Below the pieces are notes generated by a model. It saw only the letters and a list, made by a program, of their open reading frames with translations, was not told where the DNA came from and did no database searches. A program made the position numbers and the translations under genes. Of a stretch of 64,000 bases of DNA, positions 49,432 to 59,788 are shown piece by piece. The first letter of the stretch is position 1. The number at the start of each line of letters is the position of its first letter. The stretch is from an uncultured Haloferula sp. (lineage in GTDB: Bacteria; Verrucomicrobiota; Verrucomicrobiia; Verrucomicrobiales; Akkermansiaceae), in assembly GCA_965652295.1 (NCBI GenBank), contig CBFGTS010000002.1, forward strand, positions 64,001-128,000, given 5' to 3'.

Positions 49432-49591
49432 GAGGAGGTCAAGAGCTTCGGGTTTGTTTCCGCATCCTGACCAAACGTCAAAGGGCGCGGCGACTTAGGG
49501 ATTGGATTCGATCCCCCACAGCCGAACAAGGAAAATCCCGTCTTCGGATGTGCAGCCCTTGACCAATGCCGCGCACCAATTCCGATAGCGG

Positions 49592-51061
49592 TCAGATCGT
49601 CGCCAACGCCGTGACGAATGCCCGCTCGAGTTCCTCGGGATCCTCCTGCCCACAGGAAACCCGGATCAACGATTCAGGCACGCCACAACCCTCCGCCCAA
49701 TCGCGCTCATGGTAGTGCGCCAGCATCACGTAGGGGGAAACGAGCGTGAAGGCGGTTCCGAAGCTCGGTCCCTTGCAAAGAGGCAGTGCATCGAAAAAGC
49801 GCGGGGTCTTCTTAGCCGCCTTGAGTTTGAAGGAGAACATGCCACCGAAGCCGCCCTGCGGCGCTTTCGCCTGGAGGTAGCGCTCCCGCGTGGTGATGCT
49901 CGGATGCCACACCGTTTCGACCGCGGGATGCTCATCGAGCAGCGCGACGAGTCGCAGCGCGGATTCGTTGGGCCGCGCCATGCGCTCCTTGAAGTCCTTC
50001 ATGTTCGCCAGCAACACCTGGGTGTCCCCCACATACAGCGGGGTGCCCGCCGATGCCTCGCGCGCGAGCGACTCGATCAGGTCGGTGGCGAAGGGCGAAT
50101 CCTCCCGGACCACGGTGGCTCCGCCCATCACATCGCCTGCTCCGGAGATCCATTTCGTCAGACTGGCGGTAACCACATCCGCCCAGGGCAGGACGTTGAC
50201 GTTGTAAGGTCCGACCGAAGAGTCATCGACGATCAGAGGCGTCCCCCCTTCGCGGCAGGCCTCGGCCACCGCTGGCAGGTCCGGGCAACGCAGCAGCGGA
50301 TTGCTCGGGAATTCGGTGAACACTCCGGCGAACTCGCCGCTGCGAATGCGGCGCAGCGCTTCGTCGAACGATTCCCCCTCGGTCTGGCCGAGGAACACGA
50401 CGCCCGTGCCGAACAACTCCTGCACCTTGAGGGAATCGACGTACGGGAACTCCAGTTGCAGAGTCTTTTTTCCCTCCGCCACGCCGGGCAGCGAGCGCAC
50501 GACCGCCATCACCGCCGACATGCCGTTGGCGAACACCGAGATCCGTTCGGGGGCGCTGCCGTAGAAGGTGGCAAGCCGCCGCTTCACCAGATAATTCTTA
50601 TTTCCGGTCTTGATGCCGCCATTGAAAAAATCCTCTGCCGCGCGGCTGCTGACCAGTTCGCCCGAGAACCGCTGATAGTCGCGGGCGATCTTGGCGGAGG
50701 ACTCCGGCACGACGATCGCCTGGAACGGGTCGTAGCCCGCGGCGCGCACGGCGCTGCCCGACTGGCGTTCGATCCACCTTTGAGCCCGCTGTGCCGCGCC
50801 TTTCGTCGGAAATAGAAACACCACCTCGCCGGAGCCCGCGATGTCCTGCCCTGCCTGGGCCGAAAGACGGGCCACGAGCGGGTGGGAGAAAAACCGCGGA
50901 TAGCCGGACCGCAGACGCCGCATCACCTTGTCGCGCAGTTCCTCGTACCCGATCACCGAGTTCCAAGTCGGCAGCGAAACGGAGCATGCATGCACCGAAT
51001 CCGGCAACGGAACACCGAGATCGGCTTCCGTCCACGCCGGGTTGTTGAGAAGATCGCGCAT
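49592..51061 (-). CDS. Cys/Met metabolism PLP-dependent enzyme (cystathionine gamma-synthase-like)
   Basis: GYPRFF, NGMSA, EFPSNPLL, SLTKWISG (PLP Lys), GPSFG and LIRVSCG motifs. Confidence 0.85.
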   Translation of the reverse strand: MRDLLNNPAWTEADLGVPLPDSVHACSVSLPTWNSVIGYEELRDKVMRRLRSGYPRFFSHPLVARLSAQAGQDIAGSGEVVFLFPTKGAAQRAQRWIERQSGSAVRAAGYDPFQAIVVPESSAKIARDYQRFSGELVSSRAAEDFFNGGIKTGNKNYLVKRRLATFYGSAPERISVFANGMSAVMAVVRSLPGVAEGKKTLQLEFPYVDSLKVQELFGTGVVFLGQTEGESFDEALRRIRSGEFAGVFTEFPSNPLLRCPDLPAVAEACREGGTPLIVDDSSVGPYNVNVLPWADVVTASLTKWISGAGDVMGGATVVREDSPFATDLIESLAREASAGTPLYVGDTQVLLANMKDFKERMARPNESALRLVALLDEHPAVETVWHPSITTRERYLQAKAPQGGFGGMFSFKLKAAKKTPRFFDALPLCKGPSFGTAFTLVSPYVMLAHYHERDWAEGCGVPESLIRVSCGQEDPEELERAFVTALATI

Positions 51062-51334
51062 GTCCGCTCCTGCTTGGAGCGGCTCCGGCCCGCGCGCAAG
51101 ACGTATTTGGAGATGCCCGGCGCTCCACGTGCGTAGCTAGCCCGCCCTTCACGGTCAGGGGCTCTCACAACGAGCCATTCCTGAAAAACCCCCACCCTTT
51201 TGGGGGACTTCCCTTGTCACGGATATCGGGCTTATATTGGTAATAACGTAGTAAATACCCAGTGGCTGCCATTGCTTTCCACGTAAACTGAAATTCTCCT
51301 ACCCAGACCGGCCTACCACTTAGATTTTACAAGC

Positions 51335-54300
51335 ATGAAAACCCCAGCTGTAGCGTCCATCACCCGAACCGGGCTCCGCCGTGAGAAAGGATTCGCCTTA
51401 ATTATTACGATCAGCCTGATGGTGCTCTTGACCCTGTTGGCGCTCGGTCTGCTCACGCTTTCCACGGTTTCGCTCCGCAGTTCCGGAACTGGAGAGGCGA
51501 TGCGGGAAGCGCGCGCAAATGCCCGTTTGGCCCTGGAGTTGGCCATCGGGCAGTTGCAGAAGGCCGCGGGCCCTGACCAACGCATCACCGCACCAGCGAA
51601 TCTTGAGCGGGAAAGCGCCCCACTCGGGGTCACCGGCGTCTGGCAAGCGAGCACTGCCGGAGATCTCGTCCAGCCTCAAGGCGACAAGGAGGACGACTTT
51701 CTCACTTGGCTCATCTCCGATTCGCTACGCTCGGCCACGAGTTCTGGCAGTCAGTTGGACCTAACCGAACCCACGATGGAGGGAGCGGTTCCCCTCTTCG
51801 GTGAGACCTCTTTCGGCGGAGAGGACTCGGCCAGCGACACCTCCCGGCAGTTCATTTACACCCGCCCTCTGCAGCTCGGCACCGACAACTCCCACGGACG
51901 CCTCGGCTGGGCCGTGGTCGATGAAAGCACGAAGGCTCGCTTCGACCTCGAAGAGCCCGAGGAACTTCGCGACTCGGCTTCGCTGGCACGGAAAATAAGC
52001 CGATCAGCATCTCCCGCCCGTCTCGGGGTGTTCGCCCTCGATCGATTGGACTCGCTTCGCCCGGACGAGGCCCTTGTGAAAAAACTCGCCAGCTTCGACA
52101 CGGCGGTTCTGGGCACCCAGACACGCGCGCTCAAGGAGTACCGTGCGGACGTCACCCCATGGTCGCTTTCGCTCATGACCAACCCGGTTGACGGCGGGTT
52201 CAAACGCGATCTGAGCACCGCCATTTCCAGCTCTCCCCAGTCCTTCGAATCCGAAGGCAACCTCTACGAGCACGTCGGCCTGCCGACCGATTCCGATTCG
52301 GATCCCTCGCTTGCCACTCTCGTCGAATACCACGACCTCTATAAGTCGATCGGCAAACGCACCTCCTACACCAACAACGTGAGGACCGATGCGATCGGCG
52401 CGAACCTTCCTAGAGGCCTCCGCCCCTACACCGGCCAAGGATCACGCATCAACCCGAATCCGGATGTCCCCGAGGGAATGGTTCTTCTCCCGAGCTTGGT
52501 GCGGGTGGACATGATCTTCTCGCTGGTCGCCCGCGACCCCCACGGTCCTTGGGTGAATCCGCACAAGGGCCTGAACAACAACTACATGATCCACCTGATG
52601 TTCCTGCCGGTGGTCACCGTGCATAATCCCTACGACACTCCCTTGTCGTTCGAGACGATGAAGATCAGCTTCCGCAACATTCCCGTCGGTTTCAGATTCT
52701 TCAACAACAACCGGCCGGCCAGCCGACAGCTGATCCCTCTCGCTGATCTCGTGCTTTCCGGCTTCACCGGCATCGACAAAGAATTCGGTATCACCCTTAA
52801 ACAATCGCTCTCAGGAGGTGGTAGCAACTCCGTGACGCTGGAGCCCGGGCAAACCCGTCTCTTCGGAACGATCGGCATCTCGCCAAGCTGGTCGTGGCAA
52901 AGCGAGCTGAACGCCGGGAACAACCGGGTCCTCTTTGACTGGGAGAACAACAAAACCGGCGGGTTTGATATGCTTCCAGGGCTGATGACCGACAAACACA
53001 GCGGCTCGGGTTTCGACGTCGACTACATCGCTCCCGAGACCTACCACACGAGCTACGCATCGCAGTTCTGTGCCAGCGGCACCTTCGGAGCGAAGCGGAC
53101 GGATATGATCTCCGTCGAGTGGGGGCCAGCGCTTCAATCCGGTGCCGGCTCGACCCCAGATTTCACGATCACCATGGATCTGAACGGTCGGCCCGCCGGG
53201 GTATACAAAATGGCCTACGGTAACGAGAAGAACCTTGAGGAGGTCGTCTCCGAAGGAACGTCGGACCGATACCCGGAGCCACGTGATTTCCCGGAAAGAT
53301 GGCCCGACAGGGACAGCCGTCCGGTCCGTGCGCAGGAAATTTATGAAAGCCCCAGCACCCCCTTCAGCAGATATGTGAAGGCGAAGCCGTTCGGCGTTCT
53401 CAGCTTCTCCGGAAAGACCACCCGCGATTCCTTCGTTCCGGCCCGTCCCTACGCCGACTCTTCGACAAACCTTTTCGTTGCCGATATGGACGTCTCCAGC
53501 GGCAAGGGCGCTCCGGGAGATCAACCCTACGAGCTGGCGATGGTGCCTGTGAATCCGGGCGCACCCACGATCGGTGTCAACGTGGACACCAACGAAGGCT
53601 ATTTCTTCGGAGGCCACGACGAGAATCGCGGCACGCCCCGCGCGACTTTCTACGAGATTCCCCGTGCACCGCTCCAGTCGCTGGCTCAATTCCGCCACGC
53701 GAACCTCGCCAATTCCGGGGTCCCTCCCTTTCTCACCTACACGGTGGGAGAATCGTGGGCCCATCCACTACTGCCAAGCAACGAGGTCTCGGGAGCCGAT
53801 CCGGCTGGAGCCGGTCAGATCTACGACCACACCTACCTGTCCAACGCGGCGCTCTGGGATCGATACTTCCTTTCCACCATGGCTGACTACGAAGGAACGG
53901 CCTTCAGTGGCGAATCCAAAAGCGCGGCCGAGGTGCGGCAGGAGTTCTTCTCGAATGAGGGCGAACTGCTCAATTCCCGCTTCACTTCCCTCGTCAGCAC
54001 GGCCGAGGCCGAGGACGCCGCGGACGAGATCGGAGGTTCTGAAGGCGATCGCTCCGCCGGGAAGTTCCTCGCCTTGAAAGGCGGCTTCAATGTCAATTCG
54101 ACTTCGGAGGACGCTTGGGTCGCCTTCCTCTCGTCCATGAGGGAAACCCAGATCGCCAGCCAAGAGGACGGGCTCACCGACTCCGGTAACAGCTCCCCTT
54201 TCCCCCGCGTGCGGTATCCCGCCGGGGGGGCGATCGAGGGCGGAGACTTCTTTGCCGAACGCCTTCCCCGGTGGCAGGGCTATCGCCAGCTGGACGAAGG

Positions 54301-54844
54301 CCAGATCCGCACCTTGGCGGAGAATATCGTCAGCGAAATACGCCAGCGCGGACCATTCCTCTCGCTCGCCGAGTTTGTGAACCGTCGCCTCGGCAGCGCG
54401 AGCGATGACGCCTCGCTTCGAGGAGTCATCGCCTCCGCCCTCCTGAAATCCGAGCTCAACTCGACGATCGAGGGCGACGGCATCGAGATTTCCCAAGCCA
54501 ACATGGGTAGCCACAACTGGGCCAACCCGGCGGCAGCCCTGGGCAACAACACCGAGGGTGCTCCCGGATCTCTCACCCAAGGCGACATCCTCACCGCTCT
54601 AGGTAGCCAGATCACGGTCCGTGGAGACACCTTTGTGATCCGGGCCTATGGTGAATCGGACAGCAAGCAAGGCAGAATCCAAGCACGGGCGTGGTGTGAG
54701 GCCGTCGTTCAGCGCATGCCTGATTTCGTCGATCCGGCCGACGAACCGGAAGCCGACATCGAGCAAATCACCCAAATGAACGAGACCTTCGGTCGCCGGT
54801 TCGAAGTGCTGTCTTTCCGTTGGCTTGTGGCCGATGAGATCTGA
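51335..54844 (+). CDS. Verru_Chthon cassette protein A-like / PilX-like large surface protein
   Basis: Prepilin-like KGFALIITISLMVLL; ARANARLAL…LQKAAGPDQRITA; C-terminal RGDTFVIRAYG…FGRRFEVLSFRWL. Confidence 0.75.
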   Translation: MKTPAVASITRTGLRREKGFALIITISLMVLLTLLALGLLTLSTVSLRSSGTGEAMREARANARLALELAIGQLQKAAGPDQRITAPANLERESAPLGVTGVWQASTAGDLVQPQGDKEDDFLTWLISDSLRSATSSGSQLDLTEPTMEGAVPLFGETSFGGEDSASDTSRQFIYTRPLQLGTDNSHGRLGWAVVDESTKARFDLEEPEELRDSASLARKISRSASPARLGVFALDRLDSLRPDEALVKKLASFDTAVLGTQTRALKEYRADVTPWSLSLMTNPVDGGFKRDLSTAISSSPQSFESEGNLYEHVGLPTDSDSDPSLATLVEYHDLYKSIGKRTSYTNNVRTDAIGANLPRGLRPYTGQGSRINPNPDVPEGMVLLPSLVRVDMIFSLVARDPHGPWVNPHKGLNNNYMIHLMFLPVVTVHNPYDTPLSFETMKISFRNIPVGFRFFNNNRPASRQLIPLADLVLSGFTGIDKEFGITLKQSLSGGGSNSVTLEPGQTRLFGTIGISPSWSWQSELNAGNNRVLFDWENNKTGGFDMLPGLMTDKHSGSGFDVDYIAPETYHTSYASQFCASGTFGAKRTDMISVEWGPALQSGAGSTPDFTITMDLNGRPAGVYKMAYGNEKNLEEVVSEGTSDRYPEPRDFPERWPDRDSRPVRAQEIYESPSTPFSRYVKAKPFGVLSFSGKTTRDSFVPARPYADSSTNLFVADMDVSSGKGAPGDQPYELAMVPVNPGAPTIGVNVDTNEGYFFGGHDENRGTPRATFYEIPRAPLQSLAQFRHANLANSGVPPFLTYTVGESWAHPLLPSNEVSGADPAGAGQIYDHTYLSNAALWDRYFLSTMADYEGTAFSGESKSAAEVRQEFFSNEGELLNSRFTSLVSTAEAEDAADEIGGSEGDRSAGKFLALKGGFNVNSTSEDAWVAFLSSMRETQIASQEDGLTDSGNSSPFPRVRYPAGGAIEGGDFFAERLPRWQGYRQLDEGQIRTLAENIVSEIRQRGPFLSLAEFVNRRLGSASDDASLRGVIASALLKSELNSTIEGDGIEISQANMGSHNWANPAAALGNNTEGAPGSLTQGDILTALGSQITVRGDTFVIRAYGESDSKQGRIQARAWCEAVVQRMPDFVDPADEPEADIEQITQMNETFGRRFEVLSFRWLVADEI

Positions 54845-54856
54845 TATTACCCACCC

Positions 54857-55570
54857 ATGAGAACCTTCCCCATCTTAGGATCCCTGGTCGCTCTCTGCGC
54901 GCTCTTTCTGCCGATCGTCCAGGCTCAATCGGCTTCGCCGGTCAGCTTCCGCACACTCTGCGTCAAATACCAGGACGACATCCGCAGCGCCTACGCTCTT
55001 TCGGGAAAAGGAGGCAGCATCGAAGTCGCCCTCTACACAGGAAGTTTGAGCGAGGTGTACCAAGGGTCTTTCAACGACGGCATCGCGACCCTTTACGTCG
55101 AGGACTCCTCGGCTCCTGGTGGCAAACGGATCGTCGCCGCAGGCAAGCTCGCTTCCGCACCTCGTCAATTGTTCCTTCTGGTTCCGGATCCCGACAAAAA
55201 GCATCCGTACCGCATCCAGTGCCTACCAGATGACGTCCGCTCGTTTCCCATGGGCGGCGTCCGCTTCGTCAATCTCACCCCCTACAACTCCCGTCTCCGC
55301 CTCGCTGGTGCCACGCTTCCACCCGTCAAACCCGGTTCCAGCCAAACCTACCCAAAAGTGGTGAAGGTCAATGAGTGGAACATGTACCAAGCCAAGATCG
55401 AGCTTCAGGCTCCTAGTGGCAAATGGGCACCCATCGCCAGCCCGGCGTGGAAGGCTCTCGACGCCAAGCGCGACGTCGTCATCGCCACCATCGACCCTCG
55501 CAACCGCCAGCCCCGAATCCTGAGCTACCAGGACATCCCGCCGTGGCTGGAGCAGCCGCCTACCGAGTGA
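54857..55570 (+). CDS. Exported hypothetical protein
   Basis: Signal peptide; FPMGGVRFVNLT motif; starts 12 bp after the previous gene. Confidence 0.75.
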   Translation: MRTFPILGSLVALCALFLPIVQAQSASPVSFRTLCVKYQDDIRSAYALSGKGGSIEVALYTGSLSEVYQGSFNDGIATLYVEDSSAPGGKRIVAAGKLASAPRQLFLLVPDPDKKHPYRIQCLPDDVRSFPMGGVRFVNLTPYNSRLRLAGATLPPVKPGSSQTYPKVVKVNEWNMYQAKIELQAPSGKWAPIASPAWKALDAKRDVVIATIDPRNRQPRILSYQDIPPWLEQPPTE

Positions 55571-55638
55571 TCGCGCACGCTCGGTGAACTTTCGGTTTGC
55601 CCGCGACCGCCGGAGGCCCGAGGGGTTTACCGGATCGC

Positions 55639-57225
55639 ATGAAACGCTCGCGCACCTGGCTCCTGATTCTGGCGGTCGTCCTCGGTGGAGGATTGGCGGG
55701 GCATTGGATCGCGCGCCAGGCGGCAGGTCCCGAAACCGCGGGCACGATCGAGGAATCCAGCACGAAGCCTGTCCAACGGCCGTTGCGCGACAGCATGGTG
55801 CACGACCCCAAGTCGGAACGCGGCCCGGGTGCCAGGTTCTCCGAGGACAGCGCAGCCCTAGATGCCGGAGCCATCGCCAACCAACGGACCGTCACCTTCT
55901 CTTCCGCCGAGGCGTTGGCGGCGTTTCTGAAAAAAATCGAAGGCAAGGGCATCGCGGTACTCGGCCGCATCGATGCCCTCAACACGCTGCGTTTGGGCTT
56001 TCTCAGCCTTGATGAGCTGAGGGCGCTACTAGAGGGCGACGAGGAGCTCGGCATGATTTTCCCGGCCTACATCCCCGGCCAAGGGAGCGTGCAGGCTGGC
56101 GCGGTGGGCTTTGGCGATCTGTTTCTGGAGTGGCTCGGCATCCAGGGTGATCGCTCCCAGTTCGGCGCGAACATCCGCATCGCGGTGTTGGATACCGGCA
56201 TCTTTGCCGTCGATGCCTTTGGCAACACCATCGCCCGCGTCGATTATGTCGAGCGTCCGGGCGATCTCGCCCAAGCCAACGGCCACGGCAGCTCGGTGGC
56301 GGCACTCATCGCCGGTCAGCTCGGACTGTCGCCAGGCGCCACCCTGCTCGACTTCCGGGTCGCCAATGACAACGGCGTTTCCAACACCTTCACCCTCGCC
56401 CAAGCGGTGCTCGATGCCGTCAGTGCCGGTGCCAATGTGATCAACATCTCGCTGGGTTCCCGAGGCTTCAGCCAGATCCTCGAGAACGCCCTCCAGATCG
56501 CCTACGAAGCTGGCGTGATGGTGGTGACATCTACCGGCAACGAGGGGCTGGGGACCGTCTCCTACCCCGCCTCCTCCCAATACACCATTGCCGTCGGTGC
56601 CATCGAAGCACGCGGCGACCACCTCGATTTCTCGAATAGCGGCGAAGTCTCCATGGTGGCCCCCGGGCTGGCCTTGGGCAGCATCGACCAAAATGGCAAT
56701 CCCATCTATTTCACCGGCACCTCAGCCTCCACCCCGGTCGTCGCCGGTGCCATCACGCTGGTGATGTCCGCCTTCGACATCACGGCGGGCCAGGCGTGGC
56801 AAATCCTTCTGGACAACGCCAACGAGGCCGGTGCCCCCGGCTACGACGCTCAGTATGGCGAGGGCATTCTCGATGTCGGACGCGCGCTCGACTCAAAAAC
56901 TCCGGGCATCGTCGATGCTGCCGTGGCTTCGAACTACATCACCACCGATTCCCAAGGAAACGCGATCGTCCAGGTCACCGTGGAGAATCGTGGCACGGAG
57001 ACGATCACCAACGCTCCTCTCCACGTGACCACCCCCGCCGGGAGCCGCCAGGCCAGCGTCTCCCACCTCGCGCCCGGCGAAATCAAAACCTTCACCTTTC
57101 CGCTCGGTGCCACGACCGGCGACTACACCGTCGACTCGTCCGTGACAGTTTCTCGTGGTGCCGCCGACCGGAATCAGCAAAACAACCAGCGTGTCGATTC
57201 GTTCACCGCTTCCGATTCTCCTTAG
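55639..57225 (+). CDS. S8 (subtilisin-like) serine peptidase with C-terminal Ig/CARDB-like domain
   Basis: VLDTG (Asp), NGHGS (His), INISLG, TGN and GTSAS (Ser) motifs. Confidence 0.9.
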   Translation: MKRSRTWLLILAVVLGGGLAGHWIARQAAGPETAGTIEESSTKPVQRPLRDSMVHDPKSERGPGARFSEDSAALDAGAIANQRTVTFSSAEALAAFLKKIEGKGIAVLGRIDALNTLRLGFLSLDELRALLEGDEELGMIFPAYIPGQGSVQAGAVGFGDLFLEWLGIQGDRSQFGANIRIAVLDTGIFAVDAFGNTIARVDYVERPGDLAQANGHGSSVAALIAGQLGLSPGATLLDFRVANDNGVSNTFTLAQAVLDAVSAGANVINISLGSRGFSQILENALQIAYEAGVMVVTSTGNEGLGTVSYPASSQYTIAVGAIEARGDHLDFSNSGEVSMVAPGLALGSIDQNGNPIYFTGTSASTPVVAGAITLVMSAFDITAGQAWQILLDNANEAGAPGYDAQYGEGILDVGRALDSKTPGIVDAAVASNYITTDSQGNAIVQVTVENRGTETITNAPLHVTTPAGSRQASVSHLAPGEIKTFTFPLGATTGDYTVDSSVTVSRGAADRNQQNNQRVDSFTASDSP

Positions 57226-57979
57226 CGCGCTGGTTTTCCTGAGTGCCGCCCGCGCCGACGACCGCTGGGCGCCTCACGCCGTCGCAGGACCGGTCAACCA
57301 GCTCGTGGTTTCCGGAAACGCCTGTGGCCCCTCCGCCCTGCTCGCCTCAATCCGTTGCGGCAGCGAGGACTGGCGGACCATCGCGGAGAAAATCCCGGGA
57401 AGCTCGGACCGCTCGAAGCTGCTGTACATCATCAAGGCCCACGGTTTGCAGCCGTCGGAATCGCTCCGCGGTCGCAACCGCTGGAGCCGCCACGGGGTCA
57501 ACGCCGAAGACCTCACCGCGATCGCCTCCGAACTCGCCGGGATCGGAGGGCTGCGCGCCCCTCGTACGGAGAATCTGCTCCTCGCCCGTCGTGAGTCGCC
57601 GGCCAAGGCCCTGCGGCGCACTCATCGACTCTTCCGGCAATCGTTGATCCATGGCCTGCCGCCCGTCCTCAGCCTCCGTCGATATGTTTCCCGCAACGGA
57701 GCTTGGGTCTCGCTCGACTCGCACTTTGTCACCGTCGTCCGCGTGCCGGAGCGCCTCGGCCGCGGCGAAAGCAGCCTCACCTTGACCTACTTCGATCCGT
57801 GGGGAGGAAAGAAACGCACCGCCACCCTGCGCGAGCCGGTGGTTCCCATTCTCAGCACCGATGGGAAAGGGACCGAAGCTCTGGAATTCGCCGCCCCCGA
57901 GGCCGATGTCGGAAAGGCCAAGGTTCGCTCCGGCGAGCGCACCTTCCTCGTTCCCGCCGTGGCTATCGGCAGGTGGTGA
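57191..57979 (+). CDS. Exported C39-like cysteine peptidase domain protein
   Basis: Signal peptide; NACGPSALL (Cys), SHFVTV (His), YFDPW (Asp). GTG start inferred. Confidence 0.55.
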   Translation: MSIRSPLPILLSALVFLSAARADDRWAPHAVAGPVNQLVVSGNACGPSALLASIRCGSEDWRTIAEKIPGSSDRSKLLYIIKAHGLQPSESLRGRNRWSRHGVNAEDLTAIASELAGIGGLRAPRTENLLLARRESPAKALRRTHRLFRQSLIHGLPPVLSLRRYVSRNGAWVSLDSHFVTVVRVPERLGRGESSLTLTYFDPWGGKKRTATLREPVVPILSTDGKGTEALEFAAPEADVGKAKVRSGERTFLVPAVAIGRW

Positions 57980-57990
57980 CCCCAACGTCC

Positions 57991-59067
57991 ATGCTCCTCT
58001 ACCTTCACATCCCGTTCTGCCACCGGGTCTGCCCCTACTGCTCGTTTCACAAGCACACCCCGGGCGGCACTTCGATCCCGCGCTTCATCGACGCTCTGCT
58101 CGACGAAGCGCGCCAAAGGGTCACCCGCCAGCCGCGGACGATCTACTTCGGCGGCGGCACGCCCTCCATGCTCTCACCTTCCCATCTGCGGCGCCTCTTC
58201 GATGGGTTGAGGGAGATCATCGACTTCGACAAACTGGACGAAGTCACCTTCGAGGCCAATCCCGCCACCTTCGATGCCGCCAAAGCGCGGCTCTTCCGCG
58301 ACCTCGGCGTGCGCCGGGTTTCCCTCGGCATCCAATCGTTCTCACCGCAAGCGCTGCAAACGCTCGGTCGCGAGCACAATCCCGCCGAAGCGGCGGAGTC
58401 CGTTCGCATCCTTCGCGAAGTCGGCATGCCCTCCATCAACATCGACCTGATGTTCTCCCTGCCCGGGCTTTCGCTCACCGACTGGCGACACACTCTCGAA
58501 ACCGCGGCCTCCCTGAATCCCGACCACATCTCCGCCTACAACCTCACCTACGAGGAAGACACCGCCTTTTTCGACAGCCTCCGCCGCGGCGAAATGGACA
58601 TGGACGAGGACCGCGACGCCGAGCAGTTCCACCTCGCCCACGAGATCCTCACCGCCGCCGGCTTCGAGCACTACGAAACCAGTAATTACGCCCGCCCCGG
58701 CCATCGCTCCAGTCACAACCACGGCTACTGGAACGGCGAGGACTACCTCGGCCTCGGACCCTCCGCCGTTTCCACCCTCGACGGCATCCGCCACAGCAAC
58801 ATCGCCGATACCGACCGCTACCTGCGCATGATTCAAACGGTCGGAAACGCCATCGTTGAAAGCGAGGCCCTCACTTCCGAGCAACTCCGGCTCGAGCGGC
58901 TCGCCCTGCTGCTGCGCACCGCCGAGGGCGTACCGATGGAGATCGTCGCCCCCGCCGATCCCGCACCACTCGTCGAGCAAGGCCTGGCCCGGGTGGCAGG
59001 CGGCAGGCTCATGCTCACCGGCGAAGGCGCGGCCCTAGTCGATCCTATCGCCGCCCAGCTTGCTTGA
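57991..59067 (+). CDS. hemW: Radical SAM heme chaperone HemW
   Basis: LYLHIPFCHRVCPYCSF, YFGGGTPS and YETSNYA motifs. Confidence 0.92.
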   Translation: MLLYLHIPFCHRVCPYCSFHKHTPGGTSIPRFIDALLDEARQRVTRQPRTIYFGGGTPSMLSPSHLRRLFDGLREIIDFDKLDEVTFEANPATFDAAKARLFRDLGVRRVSLGIQSFSPQALQTLGREHNPAEAAESVRILREVGMPSINIDLMFSLPGLSLTDWRHTLETAASLNPDHISAYNLTYEEDTAFFDSLRRGEMDMDEDRDAEQFHLAHEILTAAGFEHYETSNYARPGHRSSHNHGYWNGEDYLGLGPSAVSTLDGIRHSNIADTDRYLRMIQTVGNAIVESEALTSEQLRLERLALLLRTAEGVPMEIVAPADPAPLVEQGLARVAGGRLMLTGEGAALVDPIAAQLA

Positions 59068-59070
59068 ACA

Positions 59071-59640
59071 CTACTCCATCGGATCACGAGCGATCCTCAT
59101 CATCCGGCGAACACCCGCTGGCAGCGGTTCGTCATCCACCACGCTGTAGGTCCGCTACCCGTCCGTCTCCGTGATGATTCCGGGCTCGGCGTCAAGCAGT
59201 GCCCAGGCATCGACGTTCGAGGAACCAAGGCGCTGAAAACTCAGGCTGTCCACATCAGCCAGCGAGATCTCGAACTCGTAAGCCATATGGATTTGCCCAT
59301 CCTACTCAACCGGCACGAAGCGGAGCGGGCGCGGTGCGTCATTGTCATCGGCGTCGCTGCCGAAGAAGACTTCGAAGCGTTGGCCAGCCCGTCGGCTTCG
59401 GGATCGCTGGCAGAACTCGGTCAATGTAGGATTTTCATGGCCTTCAAAGGTGCCGTCGACACCAGTCAGAACCAGTCGCACAGCTTCCTCGTTGGTCTCA
59501 ATGCATCAAATCGCCCGCCGTGGAAAAATGGTGCATCTCCGCGAACTCGTCGAAGTAATCGGGCTGAGACATGGAGTGATAGCGTGACGGTTCATTGTAC
59601 GAGTCAAAGACCTCCGCCGGATCGGTCAAATCACCGACGG
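59071..59640 (-). pseudogene. Decayed 3' end of a surface-protein gene carrying the DxDxDG C-terminal domain
   Basis: Manual translation: …AVRLVLTGVDG…NPTLTEF / SDPEADGLAN / FEVFFGSD…VE*DG…SSNVDAW…DG*RTYSV…RMMRI. Contains frameshifts and TAG stops at 59302-59304 and 59155-59157. Confidence 0.7.
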
Positions 59641-59788
59641 GCCCTCGGGACCCATTGACACCGCGCCGCAGACAGCGAGCAAGGCATCAGCCTTGAGACC
59701 ACCGGGACGCAGTGCCAACGGGCACTTCGGACGACCGTAGGGAACCCATGGCAACGGCGGCTTTTCTCAAGCAAATCGAGAAATATGA

